Assembly: GCF_006345805.1 (NCBI RefSeq)
Contig: NC_043008.1
Coordinates: 3,720,001-3,784,000, forward strand
Length of the DNA: 64,000 nt
DNA from: Octopus sinensis
Taxonomy: Eukaryota
Direction of reading: 5' to 3'
Notes under the pieces: model-generated
Database searches by the model: none
The model's input: only the letters and a program-made list of their open reading frames with translations
Told to the model about the DNA's origin: nothing
Made by a program: the position numbers and the translations under genes
Shown: positions 1-12,967 of the stretch, in pieces
How the letters are laid out: each line of letters starts with the position of its first letter
Position numbering within the stretch: position 1 is the first letter of the stretch

Positions 1-92
1 AGGTCCAGTTTCTGGACCGGGCGGTGCGTTGCATCTTCCTGCAAGAAATGTCATTACCCGCTGGGTCTACTCAGCTGTAAGGAATACCAGCC
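1..92 (+). mobile_element. 3' part of a degenerate tRNA-derived SINE (same family as 24828-24965)
   Basis: CTGGACCGGGCGGTGCGTTG...GTCTACTCAGCTGTAA resembles the post-B-box region of the 24828 copy; truncated by the window edge. Confidence 0.5.
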
Positions 93-892
93 CCACCTCT
101 CCCACTTCATCTAACACCTATTGATTGTTCCGCTGTGAAGAAGGTTGAGTGTGTATATGCGTTCACGAATGCACAAGCACCTAAAACAATTAGCGAAAGC
201 TTTATATAAGTCACCAAGACATATTTGATTGCAGTCGTTGTTGGTTGGCTTCGATTTTCTTTTCTTCGACTTTCCTATCCAACTGCTTCAGACTGTCTGC
301 AACAGCCATGGGCGCAACTCTTTCTCCCTCCACTAAACCAATAACAAAAAACAAAAAACAGAAATCCATATGAGGAATAATTTTTTTGTTATTAACTATA
401 CTCGACGTTTCTTATTTGAATAACTAATTACAAAATAATAATTATATTGTTTCTTAAATTGTTACAGACAGACAGAGATTGTATATTGATTGAAGTTTTA
501 TAAACCCAATTAAAATGCTAAATAATTGACTATTCAAATACAAAGAATATGTATTCAGAAAAACAAATATAGACACATGTATGTGTTTCTGAAATTGATT
601 TTTATACTTTATAACGAAATTTGTTAGACTTTCACATTATTTTGCTCCCATATAATTTAAACATTGATTTTGGTTAATTTTTGGCTAGACACAAAGAACC
701 TATATTTTAGATGGTGGTTGGAATGGAACATTAAAACGATTATAAATTTTTGGAAATATTTTAAATCGAAACGAAGTGAAATGGCTTCCACCGTGGATTA
801 AAACTAAGTCACAGACGTTTTTATTGACTCTTATTTGTTTCACCTTCGTTGATTGATATCGATTTATGCTATGTACACAGATTCGATGGAAA

Positions 893-1000
893 GGCCTTAA
901 TCGATTAAATCGAGACCAGTACTTGACTGGTACATATTTTTATTGATAATGAACGATGAAAGCTAAATTTGGCCCCAAGACTTGTAACTATACTGAGTTG
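893..1000 (-). mobile_element. Partial degenerate SINE (family A, as 62600-62833)
   Basis: TAATCGATTAAATCGAGACCAGTACTTGACTGGTAC matches the reverse complement of the family-A core GTACCAGT..CTGGGGTCGATGTAATCGACT. Confidence 0.6.
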
Positions 1001-3169
1001 TGACTATAACCACAAACATTTTCGTCTGACAGTCGAGTGATTCAACTGTTTAGCGTTGGACAAAATAAACTATGGTAATTAGTTGACACCAGTTATATTT
1101 AGGCCGTTTTTCCCTTTCATCCTCCAAGATCGATAAAATGACAAGCAGTTGATTTAAGTGACTGTGCTTTCATGGACAATATTTAGTGCCGGGCTCAAGT
1201 TACAAACCGATGTTAAATGAAGTAAAACGGTTGGACCCAAAGAAGTTAGTGACTTCTGCGTCGCCACAGTATAACTGAATTAGTTCAGTGTAATATAATG
1301 GTTTCAATGTAATAAAATTTTGTGCCACAAGGAAAGAGAGATGGAGAGAAATTTGAGTAAAAAGTCAAAAAGCGTTGCAGGATAAATAAATTGGAGTTAG
1401 CGTGAGTAGAGGTTAAAGGAAGTGAGGAGGCGACAAATGTAAGTAGAAGGCGCAACGGTCAGGGCGAAGGGAAACAAAAGAAACACAAAAGATTTGGTGA
1501 GTAGCGAGAGTGGCAGAATAGCCAAAATGGTAGAGCATCAAAGTAAATGCATTACTACTTCTTACTGTCTATATGTCGTAAGTTCAAACCTCACTGCTGC
1601 TGGTGTTGGCATTCATTTAAATTATGTCCCTTGAAGTCGACAGGGAGAAATTCGCGACATTTGGCCAAAGCTGGAAGCGATTATTAAAAGTCGTGATATG
1701 ACAGAAAAATATGTGTGGTGCATGAAGAGAATTGCAGTATTTCATTATGTCCGCATAAATCCTGTGTTCAAATCCTTCTGTGGTCGAGTGATCGAGAAGA
1801 GTATTAGGAACAATTATTTCGACAACAACTCCACTAGATAATTTACTTGCAGCCGTATGCCAATGCGAGAACAGCATTTGTAAATGGCAATAGATGGCAG
1901 GCATAAACGTGGGATCGATTCAATTAGCTATACAGCTCCTTCCTAGTAAGTGCATGAGATTGTGGTATTGTAAGAAATCAATATTTAACACGAAAAACAT
2001 CTATTTTAGAGGTTATTTTGATTTAAAGAAGTTTCTAAGAAATCAGTAGTTTATGGATATGTAGTAGAAGTACATTATAAAATTCCATTTAAAAAATGTT
2101 ATTTTGCTTAAATCTAGTTCCAAAGCACTCTTAAAATTTCTGTCACCATTATTACGTAGAGAAATGGTTATTCTCACAAAATAAATTGTACTCGTATGTT
2201 CAAATTTTTCTAGTTTGTCAACACTCTTACTTTATCTTCCCCTAGACTTCATTCAAATCATATGAATAGTTGCATTTTATACTTTAACTCAAAATACCTA
2301 ACCTGGCTAGCTTTATTAGTTCCCAGAATAATTACAATCACATGAATATACAATATTTTGCGATAAATTGCTTTAAAGCAACAATTTATTTAACCCTTTA
2401 TCTGGCCCAAATATTCTGCCTATTTTGTGTTCAAACTCGCCAGACTTGGCTTCTCACACGTACCATACAATGCCATTCTAAAAGCAAACAATCACGTCAT
2501 TGATTCTTTCTTTCTGTATCTTTCCTTCTTTTTGGATTATGCTTGTAATTCAAACGGCTAGCTTTGTTACACAGTGTCAGTGAAGACACGATTTTAAAAT
2601 TGCGTTCAGAACCTGTAATTCAAAAGCCCAGCTTTGACACATGGTTAATTCCACATGTAAGAATTCAGTTGACGATCCAGTAACTGAATGCTCATCGTCG
2701 AAACCCATGGAGTATTCACTACTTTAGAAGTAGAGAGATGAACATTTATCATATGTAGCGCTGTCTAGTTTGGAATTCCTGATATTCAATTTCCAACGAA
2801 ATTCGGTCACGTACAAAATAATTATTATTAGTATCACGAGGTCAAACATTCGATACAAAATTGAATTCTATTAGGGGTCCTCGGAAGGTCCCTAATCGAA
2901 GAATAGACTTATCATCAGAATTGTTCTATCCGTGACTACCCCACGTTAATTGTGAATCAGACACTGTTTTCTCAAAACTATCGTTTACTTGAAATAGTGG
3001 GTATAAATTTGAAAGAAATATGTCTGGTTTCAGGGTAGATCTAACGAACATATAGACTCTTCAGAGACCAGCAAAGTAGATACTGGCCCTACTCAGGATT
3101 TTGGAGAAGGTTGTCAGTGTGCCACTCTCTATAGTTCGTAGCTATCTTATTTTATTTTATTGTCTTATA

Positions 3170-3358
3170 TGTATATATATCTATGTGTGTGTGTGTGTTT
3201 TGGGTGCGTGTGTGTGTGTGTGTGTGTGAATATATATATGTATGTATATAAATATATATATATATGTATATATATACACTCATATATTCAAACATATGTA
3301 TATGTCTGTATATGCTTTTATGTGTGTGTGTGTGTGTCTGTGAAAAATATATATGTAA

Positions 3359-3390
<32 letters not shown>

Positions 3391-3430
3391 AAGTATGTAT
3401 GTATACTTCTGTATGTATGTATGCGTATGT
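3170..3430. repeat. Compound (TA)/(TG)/(TATG) microsatellite
   Basis: Seen directly. Confidence 0.95.
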
Positions 3431-4469
3431 ATCAAGAAATTTTAGCACTTCTCAGCATTTCACTTTTCAATCTTTCTTATGACTAAAATAGAGTACATTT
3501 CGAGTATATTCATATGCATATTAAGTGATTTTCACAAACATCTTTCTTTCTTTCTTTTTTTATTCCCTCTCGAAGCAGATTATTTTCATGTTGCACCAGA
3601 TCAAAAAAAATTATCAAAGCTAGCAGCAACATTACGTGTTATTTTGGGTAGGTTCTCGTATAAGCGTAGGATAGTGATTGAAGCCACTTAACAATGAACG
3701 ATGAAAAGAAAACAAATTTCTTTCACTATTTCGATCCTATTTCTATATTTCGATGCTAATAGTAAAAAACAAAAAAACAAAAAAACAAAACAAAAAAAAA
3801 CAATAGTCGAAATGGTATCAGAAAATAATATCCCAAATATTCGCTTTTTATGGTTTCTTCAGCAGGAAACTAGTAGTCCTCATGACCTTTGCACACACTC
3901 TACCTCCCGCGAGACTGATGTTGTCTGATGTGCTTGATGTTCATGTTTTAAGTCTATATCGCCGTCTGTAGGGAAATATACTCGAGGTTAAAGTTCTAAG
4001 TAGGAAGGATTTTTCGAGAGTGATTACTGCGGGGCTTCGGGAACAATATACAACAAGGATGACGAGAAAAAGAGAAGTGGACGATGCCTGATGTTCTAAA
4101 GTGGAAAAAGGTGGAACTAGCTTGATCTTTCAGGTATTCGATATAGTGTGCATGTGAGTTCACAAACATAACTGGTTTTTGTAACCGAACATGTAGGATA
4201 GTCCGCAAATTCTATTTAAGAAGATAACGTGAGAACAAGCATGCAATGATTTACATAAATTCTTTTTTAAAAGCAAATATTCGCATAAAATTTAGTACTG
4301 AAAAATCGAAGGAACCATGACTTCTTTTGCTGTTACATTTATTATTGAGCATAACATGCACAGGTAACATGCACAGGTACACAAACGTCATAACTGTGTG
4401 TGTGTGTGTGTGTGTGTACAACAGCTAGACAAAGAAAGGGGTTGCCACACTTGGCTTGTATTTATTTCA

Positions 4470-4550
4470 GTACAGTAGACTGGAGCAATGTGAAATCATG
4501 TTTCCTACTCGGAGGCACATCGCGACGCCCAATCTAAGAATCGAACCCAC
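4470..4550 (-). mobile_element. Degenerate tRNA-derived SINE fragment (family C)
   Basis: Minus strand reads GGGTTCGATTC (B box) followed by TTTCACATTGCTCCAGTCTACT, like the 24828 and 1-92 copies. Confidence 0.5.
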
Positions 4551-5149
4551 GATATATGTATGTATAAATCATAGGTCATGAATCCAGTGCTGTTGTTGGA
4601 TCTGTTCTGCATTGTAGATAGTTAAAGTAGAGTTAGGATTTACAGTTTTCAGGAATTGTTATTTTGAATGGTAAAAGAAATACAGTTCTCTATTTTCTGC
4701 ATTGACAACAACAATATTAACAAAACCATTTGATAGCAATAAAATGAAAACATCAAAATTAAATATTCATATGAAAATCAAATTTATTCTGTTTACACCA
4801 GATTTTTCCCCCGAAGCAAGATTACCGATTTGAGAGGCATTACAAAATCCATCATCAGTTTTCGTACAACAAAGTTTTACTAAACTTTCATAATCATTTA
4901 TTTTCTCATACAGAAAAGAATGAAGTTTCGCCTCGCTCATATTCGTATCTTTCTCAACGTTTTAACAGTGTAATGAAAATAAATTAATTTCAATCATGTT
5001 CGAGAACTGCAACACACTTGGAAACTCAGTTTGCCAGTAGCTAAATTCCCTTCTCCTCATTAAGCTTCATAATATTAATTTATTTCTTATAACGGTTCGG
5101 CATTGTTTTTAACGGTGTAAAATTAACAAGATGGTGTATCATAACGTTA

Positions 5150-5300
5150 CGTACGGCAATGTGGTTCAGAGTTTCCTTCACAATCACTAGGCTCCAGGTT
5201 CGTTTTCTCTGAGCAGCAATCTAATGTAGGCGAGTGTCTTCTATCATAGCTTCGGGTTAAATGACATTCGGAAAATGGAAGTTCGTCAGCATAACCGCTA
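5150..5300 (+). mobile_element. 5' part of a degenerate SINE (family B, as 35198-35715)
   Basis: GGCGAGTGTCTTCTATCATAGCTTCGGG matches GGCAAGTGTCTTCTTCTATAGCCTCGAG of the full copy; followed by (TG)n as in that copy. Confidence 0.55.
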
Positions 5301-6418
5301 AAAATACATATGCATAGGTGTGCGTATGTGTATGTGTGTGACTGTGTGTGACTGTGTGTGTGTGTCTTTGCATATGTGTGTGTGTGTTTAGCGTTAAAGA
5401 ATTCAAATATCATACAGCAAACAGATTTCGGCATTACAAACGAAGACCACTGTGATATTTGTTCTACACCTAGTCACAGTCAATTCCTTGCCATTATCGC
5501 CCACAGAAATACTGCAAACCAATGATTAATTAGTCTGCTGGAAACCTGTAATTAACGTCACTATTTTCAACTATAAACGACAAAAAATTAAAATAAATAT
5601 ATAAACAAAATATGGATCCTGGTACCATTGGCATTAAGATGTCGTGAGTAAAGTGAAATGACGAGAAATCCTATTAGTCTAGGCGATATTTTTACGGGGG
5701 AAGAAATAGAATGTTTTGTTATTATTCACTTTCCATTTTTATCCTCAGGGGAGTAAAATGAAGTGAATTTCTTTCTCAACTTGGAATTAAAGCCCTGAGC
5801 CTGAGTGGCTTATATTTCACACCTTGCTTGTATAACGCTCACAAACTAAACTTGATAATATTAAAGTTGTGATTCACTTGCAAAAGTAATAACATATTTA
5901 AGTCTCGGGGCATTAAATCTAATTCCAGTTGCTAAACTTGTCAAGAAATTCTTAATATAATCACGCCGCCTCAGAAATTGCGTCAGGATAACGGTGAATC
6001 AAGTTACCCAGTATGACATAGCTATCTTTTTTTTTTTCTACTGAAAAAGGTTTTGGCCATAGTGGAAGAAATTTCTAAGATATTGATACTATACGTTACT
6101 CACAAAATGATGTTTGGAGCAATGTTTATGATTATATAATGCACACATTCATATATATATACAGTACAAATATAAACTACCTATAAAATCTTTGCAAGCA
6201 AAGTACCGAGTATTCGATAAAATCATCAACGTCATTGTAATATCCAAACTTCACGAAGTTTAGAGTTATAATATTCTAGAATATATCAAATAATATAGAC
6301 GAAATGATAGATACATAGACAGACAAAAAGACAGTCAGACAGACAGGGAGGTAATGACCACGAATTGGAAATTTTAAAAATGAGGACTGCACTCATATAT
6401 TCAATAGAGGGTATTATA

Positions 6419-6419
6419 A

Positions 6420-6507
<88 letters not shown>
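6419..6507. repeat. (TAT)n microsatellite
   Basis: Seen directly. Confidence 0.95.
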
Positions 6508-6509
<2 letters not shown>

Positions 6510-9500
6510 ACATTTGGTAGTTTCAGACAAATAACTACTGCATCACCTGCTGCAATTCTGCGTTGCTGGGAATGTGCAGTCTTCTCCCGGTATGGTATTG
6601 TGATGCAGTCTTTTGTTGTGTTAGTGTGTTGTGTGTATAATGCGTTGGATACCTAGCCTGGTATATAAACTTCAACACGTCATTATATTTCCCTAAATCC
6701 AAGTGGGGCCAATTGGCAATAATATATGCATCATCGGCTTATAACAATCTTTAAGTGCAACATATTTAGGATGAAAGCAGAAAAAACATACATTCCTCAT
6801 ATATTTTGTGTTCAGCAGTTGTTTCATTAAAATTATCATCTTTAAATGTATAATCGTATTAATATGGTCCTTAATGAATTAATTTCAAACAAACTAATTT
6901 AAATATTTTTGTTTTCTCAAGTTTTAAGGAATATGTATTGTAAATCAGAATAGTTTTGTCTGTACCCTGTGCAAAGATCGCAAGTTCGTGGATTAGTTCA
7001 TATTTCTATTTCACATCACACCATATCGTCTTAAAGCTATTAAATAATAAATACTTCTAGATAAACTATGTTTGTTGCTGGATGCTTACGTCTGGAATAC
7101 TATTAGAGGCGTATAATGTTAAAAAAAACACAATATACTTCAGAATTAGGCGAAATGAAGTCGCCCCAGAAGTGATCACGAGAGCGGCAGATACCATATT
7201 TTGCTGCAGTTGCAGTTCATCGTCGTTCTTCCGTGCCCCAACACTCTTGGAGACTCTAAGCATCATGGAAGCGACATGATGCTTACCTCCCACCCAAAGA
7301 ACTTTGCTTACATCGTATTAGCTTTGGCGGGGGAAAATAAAGTCGGCTGCTGTTTGAATGGATCTCATATACACAGATCATATTCTAAGTAATATGGCGA
7401 ATCGGTTAAATACTGATTAAAAATGGTTGTGATCTTTCTGAAGTGTTCCTTTTGATACACGATGACGTTTTCTTAAGTAAGTGATTTTCTGAGTTTATTT
7501 TCTGAGTAATAATGAGATCTACTTAGTAACGAGAGTAGCGATTAAAGAACAAATTTTATTCGTTGCTTGCGTGAGTGTAGTAATCCATTAACTTTGTTAA
7601 GTGAAAGTAAGAAGCATTTAAAAGGAGGATATTACAGCTTCCAATTTAAAATAACTGCACACTTACATTAAGCTGAATATCTCTGTTCAGTTGCTCTGTT
7701 GAGTTTCATCCTGCGTCAATGCAGTCAAACGCAAACATAATCACATATTCGTAGACATACCGTTCTTTTCACTTTGTGTGTGTGTCTCTCCTCTTCCCTC
7801 ACTCTCTTTCTTACTTTCTCCGACCCTCCCCCCCCATTCATTGTTGTGTTCTATGCACACAGTAATAGGAAGGTTGCAAGGAAACTTTAAACAAGGGTTT
7901 GTATGATTTTTTCTTGTGGTCTTGTATAATAAGATGCTTTTCTCTATCAATAATGCTTTGAACCTCATGTTAAATTCAATGATATCGGAATGTCTTCTTT
8001 TCTTTGTTTATGAACGGTTGTATCAAGAGATACTTGGTCGTCTTGGCAAGCATACAAAAGAAATAATGAGAAACATTAAACTCTGCAAATGAGTACGCCA
8101 ATATAAACAAACATACACACACACTTATGTGTCTGTCTGTCTGTCTGTTTGATATACTACAGCAACGAATACACAGATATTCATAAAGATACAAGTCTAA
8201 ATTTTCACATCGGAACAAGAGTACACGCATATACTACAAGCGTAGTGAAGTGATTTGTTTATATTTACATAGAATTTCTCAACTAATAATCCATTCTCTT
8301 GACAAATAAGTAAAATGAACGGACGCATTTGTATTAATCAATTCAAATGAATGCACTAAAAGAGAGACACATGAAAAATATATATTAATTGACGTAAAAG
8401 GATACCCACACATTGATGCGAAGAAATTAATAAACAGACATAATAATGAAGTAGGTAACGGATAATAGAAGCACACTGCAGATAATGCAAACTATTAGAG
8501 GGGGGGGGGCGGAATTATATTTTTGTCCCTTGTTATCTTCGCAATAAATAAGAGCAGTTTCGAATAAAATCATGTCCCTATGAACTGGAACGGTGAAAAC
8601 TAATAATGGTAATATAACTAATAGATAAGTCAGCTATTAAATAAAGATATTAGACACTACATTTTTACACACGAGCAAACACATTCAGAGGCACGTACAC
8701 AGGCACAGACACGCACTTACCCACACACACACAGACACACACATACACATACACACACACTCACACATATATACATACACACACGTATATACAGTGTATT
8801 TACTCATACACATGCACATATGTGCATGTATATATATATATATATATATATATAAACGTAGACAAATAAAGATACATATAATTCATTTAAGAATCTATGA
8901 GTCTTACAAGGCTAGTATTGTGCATGCTTGGAGCATCCATCAGAGAGAGGGTCACCCTGTGAAGAGTTCTCCAAGGATGCAACTGTACCAGCCTTGGAAG
9001 GATAACTTAATTTGTAATACACTCTACTTCGTGTGTTGAGTAACATAAGAGAAATACTCATATTGTTTTTTTGGTGCAAAATGTAGCTATTCATATCGCT
9101 ACCTCCTGCGCCGAGACCACCAGATCACGTGATTTCCATTTTGTTTGCTCTTGTCAATGATAATTCATCTTCTCACCAGCGATTAACTGGGGCCAGAACA
9201 GGCGCGGGTGTGACGATTAGCCAGTTAGCTTGTTAAAATATATATATATATTAGCGACAGACGCAATATTAATACCGAAAGGTAGCATTCATCCCCACTT
9301 AAACGTGGATGTTCTGTTAGAACAAACTTTACTGTGGTAGAAACCACGAGAGAAACGGTCATATTGGCTTTTGATGCAAAATGCACGCTTGTTTATATCG
9401 CTAGCGGGGAGATAGATCCCGGCTATCTCCGCTGCCGAGACCGCCGCATCCCGTGATTTCGATCTTGTTTGGTCTTGTTCTTGATGGAGTGCACACAGTG

Positions 9501-9763
9501 AACCAGAGAGAAAGTACTCATTACACACAGTATGCATTGCACTTACACTCGGCGAATGATTTGTACCATTAGAGTAAATTTATCCAATATTTTATTATTT
9601 AGACAGCGTTCTAGGTCAATAGTGTAAAACATTGAAACATTGCTAAAACCAAGATGGCATTGGGACCTCGCTGCTCCGTGGTTTATAACACAACTGCAAA
9701 ACAACATAATTTTCTTGAAATGACAACAGCGCTTGATTAAATATAGCAATAAATAGATAAAAC

Positions 9764-9784
9764 ACACACGCACACACACACACA

Positions 9785-9826
<42 letters not shown>

Positions 9827-9883
9827 TATTTACAGTGACAGTCAGATAGATAGACAGACAGACAGATAGGTAGCCAGCCAGCC

Positions 9884-9934
<51 letters not shown>

Positions 9935-9960
9935 TAGATAGATAGATAGATAGATAGATA
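9764..9960. repeat. Compound (CA)(TA)(GACA)(GATA) microsatellite
   Basis: Seen directly. Confidence 0.95.
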
Positions 9961-10202
9961 TGTTTCTTTATTAGCCACACAGGGCTGCACACAGATAGAA
10001 CAAATTACAAGGTAGAGCTTTTCTTTTGAAGGTTTAAAAAAAAAAAAAAAGGAAGGGGGAGTTTCGATCAAAAGGGATCGTAAAAGGAGAGAAAGAGGAC
10101 AAAAAAAGGGGGGTTAAAAAAAAGGGGGAGAGGAAAAAAAAATTGATCAATAGGGATCGTTATCACAGAAATGTCAATATGAAGTGTAAAGGGGAGGACA
10201 GA

Positions 10203-10203
10203 C

Positions 10204-10278
<75 letters not shown>

Positions 10279-10290
10279 GAGATAGATATG

Positions 10291-10340
<50 letters not shown>
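10203..10340. repeat. (GATA)n microsatellite
   Basis: Seen directly. Confidence 0.95.
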
Positions 10341-10360
<20 letters not shown>

Positions 10361-10790
10361 ATGGTCGGTGCAGTAAGTTAAACAGTAAAAGACAATGATT
10401 AATTTTCACTGGTTTGCTCCTTCGTTATTCGGAATCCAAATCACGCCGCTCAGTATTTATCGTTCATAACTAAGTCTAGGTTTGGTTCGATAACGTTAGA
10501 AGCAGTTAAACAGTATCTGCCATTTATTGAGTTATAAATCTTTACAGAATGTGTAATCTTATCAATAAGATATACATAATATTCATAATATATGTACATA
10601 ATTCAAGAACATAAGCAAACATGATTTTGTAAGACAGATACATAAAATTACACATCAGCTTAATGTTTTATATATGTGGGTTTGATGGGTGTTTGTGTGT
10701 CTATGGGCGTGTTTGTGTAATTGCATGTGTATACGAAGATATATCTGTGAGTTAATTCGCCCTTTTTTAAAAATGTGTGTGTGTATGTTT

Positions 10791-10839
<49 letters not shown>

Positions 10840-11111
10840 AGTGTGTGATGTGTGTATACATTTATGTAAATATTTACAAAATATATTTACACTCATACAC
10901 ACATTTATGCTAATACGTACAAATATGTATATATGTATACACATGTGTGTACACGTATATATATTATATATACGTGTATATATGTGTGTGTGTATACGAA
11001 CATGTTTACAAACATATCTTTGTGCATGTATATATACATACATATATATATGTATACATAGATATACATATATATATATGCTTATGTGTGTGTATGTAAC
11101 CATATATATAT

Positions 11112-11156
<45 letters not shown>

Positions 11157-11718
11157 TTACATACACCAGTATACGCATAGACACGTATATACACTCTGTG
11201 TCGGTTTCTCCTTCACACACGCACACATGTGCACGCACACGCACGCGCGCGTAAATTTAATTACGGTCATGTCGATATTGCTTTCGTAGGTTTACATATT
11301 CAGAGGTATATCAGCGTGTACTGAATATATATTGATATGTTAGTCTAACATTTTATTGGTTGCTTGGCGACCGTAAATAATAACTAATCTTTAAAATGAG
11401 GAAAACTTTCTCACATAAATATAAAATCATAAAATTTTAAAACAGAAAATTCTTTCAAATTTCCGAACACACTCCCGGACGCACACATACCACATACACT
11501 ATATCTTACTATTTTTAAATAGCATTTTCTAGACAGCATATGGTTCAAGTGGTAAGTTGCTAGAAATAGCAACTGTATAACCTTCAAATCTCACCCTATG
11601 ATCTTCAAATGGCTTCTTTCGCCTACTTTGATTATTCAATTTTTGTCGAACGTCTAAATTCACCACAAATTTTTAAGATCGATCCCATATTTTCTACCAA
11701 ACTATTATTTCATTTATA

Positions 11719-11865
11719 GGTGCAAGCATGGCCCTTAGGTTACGAAGCCAGCTTTGCAACTACGTGGGTTTCCGGTTAGCCCCGCTACGCGGCGGCACCT
11801 TAGGTAAATGCATTCTGCTACAGCCCCGAGTCAGCCAATGCTTTGTGAGTGAATTCGGTTGACAC
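11719..11865 (+). mobile_element. Degenerate SINE family B head
   Basis: GGCACCTTAGGTAAATGCATTCTGCTACAGCCCCGAGTCAGCCAATGCTTTGTGAGTGAATTCGGT aligns with the head of the 35198 copy. Confidence 0.6.
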
Positions 11866-11874
11866 TAGTAAATA

Positions 11875-12106
11875 CAATAATTCCTTGCCATATCGCGGTT
11901 CACCTATCGCAATTCACTTATCACGGTTAATTATTTAAGCTTACGTCGATTCTTCCGTGGTGTTGTTTTGCATTTGTAATAAAATAAATATATGCAAATT
12001 ATAAAAATATCAGAAAAAAATATACAGTACTGTTTATACTTTGTGGATTTTCACCTATCGCGCGGGTTTTTGGAACGTAACACCCGCGGTAGTCGAGGGA
12101 TTACTG
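11875..12106. mobile_element. Tigger/pogo-type MITE (Tc1-mariner superfamily, non-autonomous)
   Basis: TA-flanked imperfect TIRs: TA|CAATAATTCCTTGCCATATCGCGG at left and CCGCGGTAGTCGAGGGATTACTG|TA at right; internal TTCACCTATCGCG motif twice; no coding capacity. Confidence 0.75.
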
Positions 12107-12504
12107 TAAAGGCGCACGCACGCACGCACACATACACACATGTATCGGTCAGTAGTTCATAAATCCGAAAAGAAGCATATTCTAAAACTTTAGAGTAATA
12201 ACACTTAAGGCTGTTGGTTATGGACGGTCAGAGAGTGACCATTGGTTTCACACCTGCAAAGTTTTTAGCGGTAGAGAGGATTCGTCCGACTCGATAGCCA
12301 GAGGGATATAACCCCTCTGCAACTACAGGTAGTGTCGGGCGGGTGGGGAGGCGGATCATTATGTTGAAAAAAAGGAGTGCGCCATACATGATTAAATGAA
12401 AGCTCTTAGAACAACCTGGACCGTTGCTTAACGGGAGCATACACGCACACACACACACAAACACATACACAAACACACACACACACACACACACATACAC
12501 ACAC

Positions 12505-12585
12505 AGTATACAACAGAAGAGACATGTCCTAGATGCCTTGCACTGGGACTAAACCATGAGGACCACGTGACTGCGAAGCAATATT
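12505..12585 (-). mobile_element. SINE family B head fragment
   Basis: GAAGAGACATGTCCTAGATGCCTTGCACTGGGACTAAACC matches the reverse complement of the family-B head. Confidence 0.55.
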
Positions 12586-12967
12586 CTGAAACATCTTTGT
12601 CAGCAGCTGTGTTTCAAATCTTAATAGAACGAATATTCATACTACTCGGGTGGTGGATTTGGTTATACAGCCAAATATAGTCAATTTATATTGATTCCCA
12701 ATACATTGTACAGGGCTTTTGGCTAATGGGAGATGTCTCACATAATGATGTCTGTGTGTGTGTGCACGCGCGTGCGTGGTTGTGTGTGTGTGTGTGTCTG
12801 TGTGTACAAAAGTGTTTCTCAACTCATTATTTACATGCTATTATTTATAGCTTTGTGTGTGTGTGTATGTGTGTGTGTGCGTGCGTATGGGTGTGTCTGT
12901 GCGTGTATGTGTGTGCGTGTGTGTGTGTGCATATTCATGTGAATACGTGTCTATATGTTTTACACTC

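Noticed and set aside
7066-7400. Overlapping short ORFs and a GTAAGC donor-like site
   Set aside because: No consistent exon frame and no recognisable homology
8810-8829. 20-bp perfect palindrome ACATGCACATATGTGCATGT
   Set aside because: Expected by chance in alternating purine-pyrimidine low-complexity DNA
9289-9537. ORF with QDQTRSKSRDAAVSAAEIA paralleling QEQTKWKSRDLVVSAQEVA at about 9098-9153
   Set aside because: Copy 1 hits a stop immediately and the indels between copies are not frame-preserving, so it was treated as a non-coding duplication
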